Shown in pieces: positions 17,800-28,807 of a stretch of 64,000 nucleotides of DNA. Position 1 is the stretch's first letter, and the number at the start of each line of letters is the position of its first letter. Under the pieces are notes generated by a model. The model saw only the letters and a list, made by a program, of their open reading frames with translations. It searched no databases and was not told the origin of the DNA. The DNA is taken from assembly GCA_965217195.1 (NCBI GenBank), contig CBDCHL010000003.1, forward strand, positions 1,437,260-1,501,259. Direction: 5' to 3'. The position numbers and the translations under genes are program-made. This DNA is from Bryobacterales bacterium (GTDB taxonomy: Bacteria; Acidobacteriota; Terriglobia; Bryobacterales; UBA6623).

Positions 17800-19545
17800 G
17801 TGATGCGGATGCGCGGGCGTTCCAGATCGCCTTTCGGCGGCGTGTTCGGAGGAGGACGGGTTGCGCTGTCTCTTTTGACGGCAGGGATCACGGCGCTCTT
17901 GGGGGTGACGTTGCCGGCCGCACCGCCCGCCGAGGACACGGCCTCCAAGGGCCGAGTGCCGGTGACATTTCGAGAAGTTCCTCCGCCGGAGAGCGGTATC
18001 ACTTGGGTACACGAGAACGCGATGTCCGAAGAGCGGCATCTGCCGGAAACCGTGGGAGCCGGATGCGCGTTCTTCGACCACGACAACGATGGATGGATGG
18101 ACATCTACCTGGTGAATAGCGGCCCGGCCGACTTCTACAAACCGCCAGACGAACTCCGCAATGCCCTCTATCGCAATAACCGTGACGGCACGTTCACGGA
18201 CGTGACAGCTAAGGCGGGGGTCGAGGGCGGGGAATTCGGAATGGGGGTGGCCGCGGCGGACTACGATGGCGACGGCGACACCGATCTCTACGTAACGAAC
18301 TACGGACGAAATCTTTTGTATCAGAATCGCGGAGACGGGACTTTCGAGGAGGTTGCTGAGTCGGCGGGGCTGGATGTTTCGGGATGGTTTACGCACGCGG
18401 TGTGGTTCGATTCCGACAATGATTCGGACTTGGACCTGTTCGTATCGAGCTTCGTGTCTTACAGCCTCGGCGAAGCCAAGTATTGCGGCGATAACAGCAT
18501 CGGGCGGCGGCACTACTGTATTCCGAGATCTTTCAAGCCGACGCCGAGCCGGTTGTTTCGAAACGAAGGAGCCGGGAAGTTCACCGACGTGAGCGCGGAG
18601 TCAGGAATCGCGTCGGTGGAAGGGAAAGCGTTCGGGGCGGTTGCGACCGATATCAACAACGACGGATTGCTGGATCTTTTTGTCGCCAATGATACCGTCG
18701 CGAATTTCTTGTTCGTTAATCAGGGGGACGGTGCGTTTGAAGAAGAAGGCCTCCTTTACGGCGTGGCGTACAGCGACGCCGGTAACGCACGCTCCGGCAT
18801 GGGCGTCGACGCCGTCGACTACGACGGTGACGGTTGGCAGGACCTATTTGTGGCGAACATCGATCAAGAGATGTTCAGCTTGTATCGCAATCTGGAAGGG
18901 GCGGACTTTCAGGATGCATCTCTCGAAGTGCGGCGCGAGACGCGGCTGCTGAGCGGTTGGGGGCTGAAGTTCTTTGACTACGATAACGACGGCGACCCCG
19001 ATTTGATCCTTTCGAACGGCCATCCCGACGACATGATCAACATCTTCAAGCCGCTGGTTACCTACAAGGAGCCGCTGGTGCTTTTTGAGAACCTCGGCGA
19101 AGATTACAAGAACGTAAGCGCACGTTCGGGCTCCGTTTTCAAGAAGAAATTCGCATCACGCGGCCTTGCGGCGGGCGACTACGACAACGACGGAGACCTG
19201 GATATCCTCGTGTCGAATAATGGCGAGGCACCTCTGCTGCTCGAAAACACCGGGGGAAGCGCGAATCATTGGATCGGGCTGATTCTCAAAGCCACCGAAA
19301 GCAATCCGGACGCCGTTGGAGCGATCATCACGTGGGAGGCAAGCGGCCGCAAACGTAGGCGCCTTAAAGCAGGCGGCGGGAGTTATCTCTCGTCGCATGA
19401 CCCCAGAGAGATCTTGGGGATCGGGACCGCGTTGTCGGTGGATGCGGTGAGGATCGAATGGCCCAGCGGTCAGGTGGACGAACTAACCGATGTTTCCATC
19501 GACAAGTACTCTGTCGTCGTCGAGGGCAAGGGGATCACTGAGTAG
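17800..19545 (+). CDS. CRTAC1-family protein (FG-GAP/VCBS repeats + ASPIC/UnbV C-terminal domain)
   Basis: Repeated DxDNDGxxD loops ([82 protein letters not shown]), followed by [12 protein letters not shown]. Confidence 0.88.
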   Translation: MMRMRGRSRSPFGGVFGGGRVALSLLTAGITALLGVTLPAAPPAEDTASKGRVPVTFREVPPPESGITWVHENAMSEERHLPETVGAGCAFFDHDNDGWMDIYLVNSGPADFYKPPDELRNALYRNNRDGTFTDVTAKAGVEGGEFGMGVAAADYDGDGDTDLYVTNYGRNLLYQNRGDGTFEEVAESAGLDVSGWFTHAVWFDSDNDSDLDLFVSSFVSYSLGEAKYCGDNSIGRRHYCIPRSFKPTPSRLFRNEGAGKFTDVSAESGIASVEGKAFGAVATDINNDGLLDLFVANDTVANFLFVNQGDGAFEEEGLLYGVAYSDAGNARSGMGVDAVDYDGDGWQDLFVANIDQEMFSLYRNLEGADFQDASLEVRRETRLLSGWGLKFFDYDNDGDPDLILSNGHPDDMINIFKPLVTYKEPLVLFENLGEDYKNVSARSGSVFKKKFASRGLAAGDYDNDGDLDILVSNNGEAPLLLENTGGSANHWIGLILKATESNPDAVGAIITWEASGRKRRRLKAGGGSYLSSHDPREILGIGTALSVDAVRIEWPSGQVDELTDVSIDKYSVVVEGKGITE

Positions 19546-19699
19546 ATAACGACATCGGCATTCAAAGAGGGACTGATCATAAACAGAAGACGGTATTCGG
19601 CCGTTTCGCTTCGAATCTCGCTCCACCGCTCTGCCGGTTGAGAGCGACGGTCATGAATGAAACAAGATGAAACACATCACCGCGCAGGTATCTTGTCAC

Positions 19700-20551
19700 C
19701 TAGCCTGCGGCTTTCCATCCGTCTCTAATGTGACGGATACCCATCACGGCGACGTCCTCTTCCTTCTCAAAGAACGGGCGCCATAGGTGCAAAGGCTGAA
19801 TGAGTCCGGGGACTTTCAGCCCGAACGACTCGATGGTCAGCCAGCGGTCATAGCCCGATTTGCGCAGGCTCTGAAACACGTCGGGCCGTACCGCTTGTCC
19901 CTGACCGGGGACGCCGCGATGGTTCTCGGAGATGTGGACGTGGAAGATGTGATCGGCAACCGCGGTCCAGGCGCGGCCGGTGCGGTTTTCTTCGATGTTC
20001 GAGTGATGCGTGTCCGCCAGTAGCCCTACGTTCGACATGTCCACGTCGCGGCAGAAGCGGGCGGCGGCGCGGACGGTGTTCGTCAGAAACATTTCGAAGC
20101 GGTTCAGGGGTTCCACAGCCAAATCGACGTGCATCGATGCGGCGTGCTCGGCGGCTTCACGAATCACTCCGACACCGCGCTGCCACTCGTCTTTTGTTGG
20201 ACCCGCCCCGGTAAAGCGCCCCAAACCCGCCTGAAAAGGTCCCACCAGGACGCGCGCTCCGAGATCGCGCGTCTTGTCGATGCTGCTCTTGATCAGATCG
20301 ACGGCGGCTTGGCGTAGCTTCGGGTCGGGGCTTAGAGGATCGGCTTGGTCGGCGCCGTAGGCCAGCAGGGTTGTGCGTCCAAGGCCGAGATTGTCCAAGA
20401 GCTTGGCGGAGTCACGGACTTCTTCATCACTCATCGCGATGACGGGATATTCCACGCCGTCGAATCCCCACCCTTTGATCCTCTCGACCAGCGGGGCGTC
20501 GTTGGCGGTCGGGTGATCAGTCCACAGTAAGAGATTGATTCCGATCTTCAT
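19700..20551 (-). CDS. sugar phosphate isomerase/epimerase (xylose-isomerase-like TIM barrel)
   Basis: Start at ATG 20551 (GGAGGAG RBS; MKIGINLLLW). The 9 upstream codons in the ORF track lack an RBS. Confidence 0.85.
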   Translation of the reverse strand: MKIGINLLLWTDHPTANDAPLVERIKGWGFDGVEYPVIAMSDEEVRDSAKLLDNLGLGRTTLLAYGADQADPLSPDPKLRQAAVDLIKSSIDKTRDLGARVLVGPFQAGLGRFTGAGPTKDEWQRGVGVIREAAEHAASMHVDLAVEPLNRFEMFLTNTVRAAARFCRDVDMSNVGLLADTHHSNIEENRTGRAWTAVADHIFHVHISENHRGVPGQGQAVRPDVFQSLRKSGYDRWLTIESFGLKVPGLIQPLHLWRPFFEKEEDVAVMGIRHIRDGWKAAG

Positions 20552-20652
20552 GATTCTCCTCCGAGAATAGCGTTTCAAGCGTACAGTGGACTACGGTGTA
20601 GCCCGAAAAATCGCCAACCACTGCAGCCGCGAAGCGGCGACAGGAGCCTTAG

Positions 20653-20681
20653 CCCAAGGTGGAGCCAAGCGAAACCCTGGG
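20653..20681. repeat. conserved hairpin motif (copy 2): CCCAAGGT-GGAGCCAAGCGAA-ACCCTGGG
   Basis: Same architecture and AAGCGAA loop core as 681-709. Confidence 0.45.
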
Positions 20682-22775
20682 TACCGAATCAAGCGAAATC
20701 GAGCCCTGCCAGGGCGAACGGAACGAGCCTGTCATCCGACCTGCCTCGTCACCGGCACCCATTTTCATGGCGGTCTTATGAATGCGGCGATGCATGGAAA
20801 CGGAACTCCTTCGATGGGTCCAAAAAATCGGTGCGTACCGGGGGCTATTGGCAGGATCCGCCGTCCGAGCTGATCGCGGCGGTCACAACGTTGCTGGGCA
20901 CGCTGTCGATTACAATCTGCACCTCGATCGAGCAACCAACAGATGCGTCGGAAGGGATTTCTGCGTTGGCCTGGTAGAGGTGCGGGGAGTCGGGGCTGAG
21001 TCCGACAAAGCTTGGGTTCACGGATTGTGATCCGATTCGAACCTGGGCATCGTTCGCAATGCGATTGACGCCGCTGGCGGCGAACCCATCCGCGACAGGG
21101 GTCTGAGTGGGGCCGAACCCCGTGCCGAAGATCGTGACGAATTGTCCCGGCATGGCGGGCGACTGGAAAGTGTTCGTCAGCACGGTACCGTCGCCGGCGA
21201 CGTTCTGAATGGCTCCCGGCCCCGTTCCGTCTTGCGATTGGGAGAACAGGACCGGGCGCACAGTGGTTACGCGGACGGTTTCGGCGGGACCGGTGAGACC
21301 ATTGGAAGTCACGACGACGTCAGCCGTGGGCCCTTCGACTGCTTGAGGCACGACAATGACGAGCGGGCTGGGACTTGACGAAAATTATCGGCGCAGGAAG
21401 GCCGCCAACTGTTACGGAGGTTCCGCCCAAAGAAAGCGGGAAGGGAACTGTAGAGACCGAGTCTTCGCCGGAGGCGAGGCTTTCCCCGAAAATCGAGACA
21501 AACATGCCGCCAGCCAGTTCGCCGCCGGGGCGGTCGTTGCCGGTAAAGTCGGCGGAATTGACGACGCCCTTGGAGAAGATCAGGGGTGTGCCCTCGACCA
21601 CGATGCTCATACGAACCGCGACGACAGTGGGAGGATCCGACGATCCGACGGTTTCGATCGTGACGGATCCCTCGTGCAGGCCCAGGCCGAGGCCGAGCGG
21701 GCTTATGGTCACAAGAATGACTGACGGCGTTTCCCCCGCGGTTTGAGAAAGCTGGAGCCACGGCACGTTGACCGAGGCCGTCCAATCGGTTTTCTCGCCG
21801 TCGGAGTTGACTTCGATCATCTGAGCGGGCGGGGGCGCCAAACCCGATACAGCGATGAAGGAGAGTGCGTCGGGTTCGATCAAGAGTTTCGAGGTGACCG
21901 CCGGAGTTGTTACGAGGTGAAAGTTGTCGAGCCCGGCGGTTTCGCGCCCCGGGGCCTCATCGGCACTGACTTCGATGCGTTGGACAGCTCCAAGGGTTTC
22001 CTCAAAAGAAAGCACACCGCCTAGGTTTTCCCATTCCAAGGGGTCGAGCGGTGCGGCGTAACGGGCCCAGCCGGTGGCCGGGAGCGGGCCGCGGAAGCGG
22101 TAGGCGGCTCCAAAGCCGACGATCCGTACCTCGATTTCCCGTTTTGCCGCTTGGTCAGACGAGTGGAGACGGTCGAATTCAAAGCGGGCTTCCGGACCCA
22201 GGTTCGCCAGATTGCCGAGGAACTTTCGCGGGGCTACAAAGAAATCGCGTTTTTCCTCGTCGAAGTCGAGAAGCTTGATATAGCCTCCCGGGTTGCCGCC
22301 TGGGCCGGCAGGGCCAAAGTTCTGGGAGGCCCGCACTTCGCCCAGCGTCGCCCCGGGAGTACGGGGAATCAAGAGGGGCGAACCCGGGAAGTTATGTTTC
22401 CATCCGTCGGTGGTCCCATCCTCGAAATCGGAGACAACCGGAAAGACCGGCACGGGCACTTCGCCCAGTAGAACGAAATTGTCGAGCGTAGTCTTACCAG
22501 GACCGCCGTCGAAGCTGCCGCGGATCTCAAACCGCTGCACTTCGGCAAGGACCTCTTCAAACGAGGCCTGCCCGCCGAGCCGCTGCCAGCCCGATTCTTC
22601 GAAGAGCGCGGAATAGGTTACAAAGTTTCGCTTGGGAATCAGGGCCCGCCAACCGAAGGCACTGTCGCGGCCTAACATTTTGACTTCAACGGCCGTCTTG
22701 GCGAAGCCGTCGTCGGGACGATGTTTCAGGTCGAATCTGAGGCGGCCGCGAGGACCCAACAAAGCTAAGTTGCCT

Positions 22776-23823
22776 CCTGCTTATACGGTTGTTTCAGCAA
22801 GCCCCAAGATGTTGGGGTGGAGGTCATCGCGTCTTGTCCAGGTCACGCGCGCGGCGGATGTGGGCGTAAGGCGTAGGAGCGTGTTGAGTTCCGAGACCAA
22901 GGAGGGTTTGGAAGGCTGCCATTGGGGTCTTGCGGCGGTTGTGTCGAAACACGAACTCATCGAGGTAAACCTGAAGCTGAGCGCGGCTCACGCCGTGGTA
23001 CGTTCCGGTCAGCCATTGCTGCAGGTTGCCAATGGCACGATCCGCCAGCGGCACCACCGACTTGGCGCCTTTCCGCAAGTCAGTCCGGTGAGGTTGCGGA
23101 CGAGAGACGTGTTTGTAGCCGGCCTCTTCGAGGGCGGTAAAGGTCTTCAGACCGTCTGTGTAGATGGTCGAGCCGGGAACAACGTTCTGGGCAAGAAACC
23201 TGTCGATCGTCACCTTCTTGAAGTCTGGAATAACGGACATGCGAACGCGCCCGGAGCGCTTCCCGCGTTTCTCAACAGCGACCATCACAAGGGCCGCACG
23301 GCGCCCCTTCAGTTGCCGGCTGCCTCGCAAACCTGCTTGCGGGCCGCCAATCCAGGTGTCATCGACCTCTACTTCTCCGTGCAAGGGCTCGCGAGCTGCG
23401 TTCACCATGGCCCGTCGCAGTTTGTGCAACATCATCCAGGCGGTTTCGTAGCGCGACAGGCCGAGCTGACGCTGCAGTAGCAGCGCCGACACACCTCGCT
23501 TATCAGTTGTCATCAGGTACGCAGCCCAAAACCAAACCGTCAGCGGGGTCTTCGTATTGTGGAGCACCGTTCCCGACGTCAACGAGACCTGGTGTCGACA
23601 CGCCGCGCACTGCCACCGTAGTTTCTGCTCGAGAATGTAGGCCTGCCGATGCCCACACTAGGACAAAGGAACCCGTCGGGCCAACGACAAGCAGCCAGGT
23701 ACTTCTGGCAAGCCTCCTCGGTCGCAAACTCCACCTGAAACTGACGCAGACTCTTCGGAAACGGCGGCCGGGCCACGCCCTACCCTACATCTTGGGGCTT
23801 GCTGAAACAACCGTATAAGCAAG
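22776..23823 (-). mobile_element. IS1595-family insertion sequence (1048 bp)
   Basis: 37-bp terminal IRs at 22776-22812 and 23787-23823 (36/37 match). 8-bp direct target duplication agttgcct at 22768-22775 and 23824-23831. Confidence 0.9.
22824..23776 (-). pseudogene. IS1595-family (ISXO2-like DDE) transposase, frameshifted in the N-terminal zinc ribbon
   Basis: ORFs 23579..23776 and 22824..23582 together. Reading ...RWPDGFLCP then shifting one base near 23655-23662 restores CGHRQAYILEQKLRWQCAACRHQVSLTSGTVLHNTKTPL (CPxCG...CxxC). The DDE core contains VEVDDTWIGG and IYTDG. Confidence 0.8.
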
Positions 23824-24631
23824 AGTTGCCTAGATATCTTGAAGGCGTGACGAACGCGTCCACTCCTCTCCCTTCGAGCACGAGGGCTCGCGACTCATCT
23901 CTATTGGGGGGTGTTACCGAAAGCACCGAGTCGGGGTCGCCAACGGTTCTGAGCCGGATTTCGGGTTCCGGCGCCGGGTAGTTGATGGTCCATCCATCTA
24001 TCCCGGATTCGAAGTCGGACCTAGCAAGCGTCGCGAGACCCGCAATGTCGTCGTTGCTGACTAGGGTTGCGACGATTGTGCCGGTGGCTGCTTGGTTTCC
24101 GTCAAGGCCCAACGTGGCGATGAAATAGGTTCCTTCTTCGAGGGGTGGGACGCTGCTGTCGTCAATGACGATTTGCTCGGTGCCGCCGGCGCCCGTGGAG
24201 CTGTGGTCGGTGAAAACGAACCCTTCCGGATTGATTTCGACGTCTTCGTCAAAGCGCGCGAACAGGTCCAACTCCGTTTCCGGCGGAGACGCCGCAAGGT
24301 CGATGACCAGCCGAGCGGTGTCCGGAGGAACGACGATTACGAGACTACTATCACCGTTGAAAAGAGTGGTCTCTTCAATCGCCGGATAATCAATGACGGC
24401 GGGTTCTCCGGGAACCAATTCAACCGGTTGCGACCACACCGGGAGCGCGGCGAAACCCGCAAGAAAAAGCAAGCGGCGGAAGATTGAGTCGGTCATAACC
24501 AAGAGGCGGTAACAGCGAGGTCCCCCGAATTGTATCCAATGTTGGGGCTCCGGGTAAATGTATCAACTGTACTAGCTGTACCAGTGAGCCCGACTTGGAC
24601 CGCGAGGATCTCCAGGCCGGCGATCTAACGC

Positions 24632-24789
24632 AGATACAGAGCCCAGAGCGAAAGCGACGGGCCGAGGGCACATCGGTTCGAGCAGCAGGCAGACTGTGAA
24701 ATGCGCACAAAGTTCGAGCAGACGCGGTGCCGAAGCGCCTTGCAGTTGCCTGCCCTTGGCCCGTCGCTTTCGCTCTGGGCTCTGTATCT
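24632..24789. repeat. REP family 2, inverted pair (37-bp arms, 84-bp spacer)
   Basis: 24632-24668 agatacagagcccagagcgaaagcgacgggccgaggg matches the reverse complement of 24753-24789 with 1 mismatch. Confidence 0.85.
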
Positions 24790-24829
24790 ATGCTGTGATT
24801 GCCGAATCCGGCCGATTGGGAGGCGAGCT

Positions 24830-26128
24830 TCACTCGAAGATCAATTCAACATCAACGGATTTGTCTTCTTCGTTGATGCTTGTTTTCGAGTCCGTCTTCG
24901 ATAGGTTGTCGAACATACCGCGTACTCGTTTGAGGAAGGCATTGGGGTAGCTCGCGTTAAAGGGGTCGCCCGATGCGAAGATCCAGCGCTTCTTGACCGC
25001 GGCCTCGCCTTCGATATCAAGCCCGGTGATCTTGAGTTTGCCAAAGCGATACAGCGCTCCGGGGCGAACCTCAATCACCACGTCGACCTGACGATCTTGC
25101 TCGCGAACCTTGCGGTCGTACCGTGAAAACACGCGCATGTATCCGACAGCCTTCATTCTTTGTTCGATGTCGGCCAGGGCTTTTTCGACCAGCGACATGT
25201 CGGCCGTTTCGCCACTGCGGAATCCAACCAGTCCGGCGAGTTCGTTGGTGTCCAACGACGAGTTCTCCGCGAAACCGATGCCGCCGAACTGGTAAACGGG
25301 TCCTTGTTCGACGTGAACCTTGACCAGGATGCCCGCGGTTTCCGGATCGGGTTCGGCGGTACAGGGGCAGAAGGCAACGCCGAGGCGTCCTTTGGCTTCA
25401 TAGAGCGGCCTGACGTTATAGCGAAGGAGCTCTTTGAGCCGGGGTTGAGAGAACGGAACACCCATTGCCGCTTGGTTGAAGCGTCGCTGCAAGTCGAGAG
25501 GGGAAAGGTCGCCCGCGTTATCGAATGTCACGAACGCAATCGTCTTGACGGCGGAAGGCGGTTGAAACACCAGGTCGAACTCCTCCTCGCTTTCGGCACG
25601 GGGGACGAGCCGACCAACGACCTTGCGTTCCTTCCCTTGCTGCACCCGGTGGTGTTCGAGGATGCTGCCGATGAGCCTGATCATCGGACCGTCGGGCGGC
25701 GCCTTGCCGGTGTAAAGAGGCACCTTTTCGCGCAGCACCTGATGCAGCTGTTCGTGGGGTTCATCCATGCCCTCGAAACGAACCGGGTAAAGCTCTTTCA
25801 CTTCCGTCACCTGGAAAGTGACCTGGTAGCCGTCCCCTTGGGCGCCGTATTGGAATTCGAGCGACTCGAAAACGCCGCTGTCGCCGAGCCGCTTCAAGCC
25901 TGTCTGGAGGTCGAGGGGTGTGACGGTTTGGCCGATTTCCAGCTCCGTCGCGGCGAGGACTTGTTCGTCGGAGAAGGTGTTGTTGCCGATAATGTGAACC
26001 GCGCGCAGCGGAAAGGAGTCGCTTGCCGGCTCACTTTGCTTGTCCGCGGCCGAGGCGATCCCGGTGAGGACGCTAAGGCACCCAACCGCCGCCGCTGAGA
26101 CGAGCAACGTTGCTGATCGGGCCCACAT
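24830..26128 (-). CDS. secreted POTRA-repeat protein (BamA/Omp85 N-terminal-like) with no room for a barrel domain
   Basis: Signal peptide. Segments such as LRAVHIIGNNTFSDEQVLAATELEIGQTVTPLDLQTGLKRL and YRFGKLKITGLDIEGEAAVKKRW resemble POTRA units. At 432 aa it is too short for POTRA repeats plus a 16-strand barrel. The function call is tentative. Confidence 0.65.
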   Translation of the reverse strand: MWARSATLLVSAAAVGCLSVLTGIASAADKQSEPASDSFPLRAVHIIGNNTFSDEQVLAATELEIGQTVTPLDLQTGLKRLGDSGVFESLEFQYGAQGDGYQVTFQVTEVKELYPVRFEGMDEPHEQLHQVLREKVPLYTGKAPPDGPMIRLIGSILEHHRVQQGKERKVVGRLVPRAESEEEFDLVFQPPSAVKTIAFVTFDNAGDLSPLDLQRRFNQAAMGVPFSQPRLKELLRYNVRPLYEAKGRLGVAFCPCTAEPDPETAGILVKVHVEQGPVYQFGGIGFAENSSLDTNELAGLVGFRSGETADMSLVEKALADIEQRMKAVGYMRVFSRYDRKVREQDRQVDVVIEVRPGALYRFGKLKITGLDIEGEAAVKKRWIFASGDPFNASYPNAFLKRVRGMFDNLSKTDSKTSINEEDKSVDVELIFE

Positions 26129-26406
26129 CGGTCTTCAGTATCTCAAGAACGGCCGGGGAACAAAGGCTCCAGCCCTCTCTCGTAGGACGTAGGTCGCGCG
26201 GTTGCGTTGCACCTACGAGTGCACCGCCACGGCGGATGCATGTCCGGTCGGATCGTCGCAAACCAGAACGTCGTCCCGCGACGATCTTCCGGGCGGGCCG
26301 GATAGGCCGGCAGCCGAACGGCGTCGTCGTCCGGCCGGGACGCCGTGGTGTGCTAGGATCGAAAACTGTCAGCGATCCTCCAATGCACCATTGACCGTAG
26401 AACAAC

Positions 26407-27858
26407 TTGCTATTCAATAGCATTGAATTTGCCGTCTTCCTGCCTATCGTAGTCGGCATCTACTACAGTCTCGAAACGCGACTCCAAAATTTCTTCCTCG
26501 TTGCCGCCGGATTTTTCTTTTACGGCTGGTGGGACTGGCGATTTTGCGGCCTGCTGGCCTTTTCGATTGTTCTGGACTACACCTGCGCCTTGCGCATGCG
26601 CGGTGAGCCGGAGCGCGCGAAAGTGTATCTTGGGCTGAGTCTGTGCGGCAATCTCGGTGTCCTGGGCTTTTTCAAGTACTTCGACTTCTTTGCCGCCTCA
26701 TGCGCGGAGTTGCTCGCCTCGCTCGGGTTGGGGGGAGAACTGCCGCTGCTGGGCGTGATCCTGCCGGTTGGCATCTCGTTCTATACGTTCCAGACGCTGG
26801 CTTACACGATTGACGTCTATCGCGGGAAGATCGAGCCGAGCCGCGATTTGCTCACCGTGGCGCTCTATGTGAGCTTTTTCCCGCAGCTCGTCGCCGGGCC
26901 GATCGAGCGCCCGGCACGGCTGTTGGGCCAATTCGAGCGGCCGCGCCGGGTCGACGCCTCCAAGATCGCGAGCGGAGCGTTCTTGATCTTATTAGGGCTC
27001 TTCAAGAAGATGGCGATCGCCGACGCGGTAGCGCATCGGGTGAATGTGGTTTTCAGCGGCGCGGCCGACGCGTCGTGGGTGGTGCTGCTCGAAGGGGCTT
27101 GGCTGTTCTCGTTTCAAATCTATTGCGACTTTTCCGGGTACAGCGATATCGCGCGAGGGGCAGCGCGGCTGTTCGGCATCGAGTTGATGCGCAACTTCAA
27201 TCAACCTTACCTGGCCGCCAACATTACCGATTTTTGGCGCCGTTGGCACATCTCCCTGTCCAGCTGGCTGCGCGACTATCTGTACATTCCGCTTGGAGGC
27301 AATCGTAAGGGTATCGTCACGACGTATCGGAACTTGCTGTTGACGATGATCCTGGGCGGCTTGTGGCACGGCGCGAATTGGACTTTTGTGGTGTGGGGCG
27401 CGCTGCACGGGGTCTATCTTTCCGTACACAAGCTGATACTCGAAGGGTGGGGTAGGGTTTCGACGGCCGAGCCGACCGAGGAGATCTCTGCAGCTCGCCT
27501 GGCCTTGAAAAGGCTGGTGACCTTTCATCTCGTTACGGCGGCCTTGATAGTCTTTCGCGCTTCGACAGCGGCTTCGGCTTTGCAGTATCTCGCCGGGATT
27601 GCTTCTTTTCGTGGCGGTGTCGGAGCCGTGTTACGAGATCCATACGGGACTTTGTCGCTGTTGCGCCGAACCGCGACCGTGGCGTTCTACGGATTGCTTG
27701 TGCTGGCCGTGGATCTTCCTCAGCATCGCAGCGGCCGGCACGAAGCCATCCGCGCTTGGCGGCGACCGATTCGCGGGGCTGCGTATGCGGGGATGGTGTT
27801 ACTGATGATTTTGCTTCAGCCCGACAATGAAACTCCGTTTATCTATTTTCAGTTTTGA
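26407..27858 (+). CDS. MBOAT-family O-acyltransferase (AlgI/DltB-like)
   Basis: TTG start giving (M)LFNSIEFAVFLPIVV. Conserved ISFYTFQ, DFWRRWHISLSSWLRDYLYIPLGGNR and LWHGANW (catalytic His). Confidence 0.9.
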   Translation: MLFNSIEFAVFLPIVVGIYYSLETRLQNFFLVAAGFFFYGWWDWRFCGLLAFSIVLDYTCALRMRGEPERAKVYLGLSLCGNLGVLGFFKYFDFFAASCAELLASLGLGGELPLLGVILPVGISFYTFQTLAYTIDVYRGKIEPSRDLLTVALYVSFFPQLVAGPIERPARLLGQFERPRRVDASKIASGAFLILLGLFKKMAIADAVAHRVNVVFSGAADASWVVLLEGAWLFSFQIYCDFSGYSDIARGAARLFGIELMRNFNQPYLAANITDFWRRWHISLSSWLRDYLYIPLGGNRKGIVTTYRNLLLTMILGGLWHGANWTFVVWGALHGVYLSVHKLILEGWGRVSTAEPTEEISAARLALKRLVTFHLVTAALIVFRASTAASALQYLAGIASFRGGVGAVLRDPYGTLSLLRRTATVAFYGLLVLAVDLPQHRSGRHEAIRAWRRPIRGAAYAGMVLLMILLQPDNETPFIYFQF

Positions 27859-28807
27859 GACGCTGGCCGAGAGGCCTCGGGTGTCCCGGACGGTCGCGAT
27901 TGCCATCATCCTGCTGGCGGGTCTTGAAATCGGCGTCCGGGTTGGTATTACTCGAGGTTTGATTGAGCCGGACTATTCACTTCATCGGCTGACGGAAGAG
28001 TACTTGGACCGGCTGGACCGAGAGCGTCCGGAGATCTGGCTGGTCGGCAATTCCGTTGTCGGCCGCGGCATCGACGCGGGGATTATCTCGCGGGGCGGCG
28101 CCGGCAAGGCGGTCGCGCTGGCGCACGGCTCGGCGTCGCCGGCCGGGTCGGAGGCTATGATGCACTTCTACCTCGATCGAGCCCCGCACCCGCGCGAGGT
28201 CGTCTCCCTGTTCAGTAAGGACGATTTCAACCGCAACGGGCAACGAGCCGGCTTTTCCCGACGCTACTTGGAATGGGCCGAGAGCGGCCCGCCGTTCGAC
28301 ATCGATAGGTGGTTGGCGCTTAGCGCGGCGCGCGGTGCGATCGTCAATCGCGCGCAACTGGGCTTGGCTCGTCTTCTGCTGCCTTTCAGCGATCCGGCGC
28401 ACAAGAGTCGTGCCGCCTGGTATGACGGCAAGCCGATCCGTCTGGATCACGCGGCGTTCCTCGATACGGCGAGAGACTACGAAATGGATTTAGATGTGGT
28501 GCGGCGGCTGGCCACGTTTCGACGGCGCAGTGGAATAGCCGTCAGGGTGATCCTGATGCCGGTGACCGACCGCTATGTGGAATTTCACGACGCGTTGTTC
28601 CCGTCACTACCGTACCAAGCAATACGAACCCGCCTGGCCACGTCGTGCGGCGCGCATGATATCCCGTTCTTCGACCACGGAGACCCCACTGATCAATATC
28701 ACTTGTTCAGCGACCCCTACCATTTGAACGATGTGGGGAAGCAGGAGGTCAGTGAATTCCTTGCGCGAGAGATATTTGGCGCCCCCGATCAGCGGGCGGG
28801 GATGTAA
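27827..28807 (+). CDS. MBOAT partner protein, DltD/AlgJ/AlgX-like (SGNH-like) single-pass membrane protein
   Basis: Overlaps the MBOAT stop. TM helix VAIAIILLAGLEIGV. C-terminal SDPYHLN (Asp-x-x-His). The start is uncertain: ATG 27827 or GTG 27881, the latter preceded by GAGAGG. Confidence 0.65.
   Translation: MKLRLSIFSFETLAERPRVSRTVAIAIILLAGLEIGVRVGITRGLIEPDYSLHRLTEEYLDRLDRERPEIWLVGNSVVGRGIDAGIISRGGAGKAVALAHGSASPAGSEAMMHFYLDRAPHPREVVSLFSKDDFNRNGQRAGFSRRYLEWAESGPPFDIDRWLALSAARGAIVNRAQLGLARLLLPFSDPAHKSRAAWYDGKPIRLDHAAFLDTARDYEMDLDVVRRLATFRRRSGIAVRVILMPVTDRYVEFHDALFPSLPYQAIRTRLATSCGAHDIPFFDHGDPTDQYHLFSDPYHLNDVGKQEVSEFLAREIFGAPDQRAGM

Larger units (their letters stand above)
20845..24502 (-). 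pseudogene. large secreted repeat protein (about 1100 aa when repaired), disrupted by an IS1595 insertion and by a 1-nt frameshift
   Basis: The three ORFs 23780..24502, 21320..22762 and 20845..21351 are pieces of one gene. Removing 22776-23831 joins ...VTPSRYLGN to LALLGPRGRLRFDL in frame. At 21375-21376 an extra base breaks ...GGLPAPIIFV / SPSPLVIVVPQAVEGPTADVVVTSNG. It has an N-terminal signal peptide and repeated modules (SDFESGIDGWT / SDFEDGTTDGWK). The C-terminus resembles TIGR03437 (Solibacter C-terminal domain, from memory). Confidence 0.75.
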
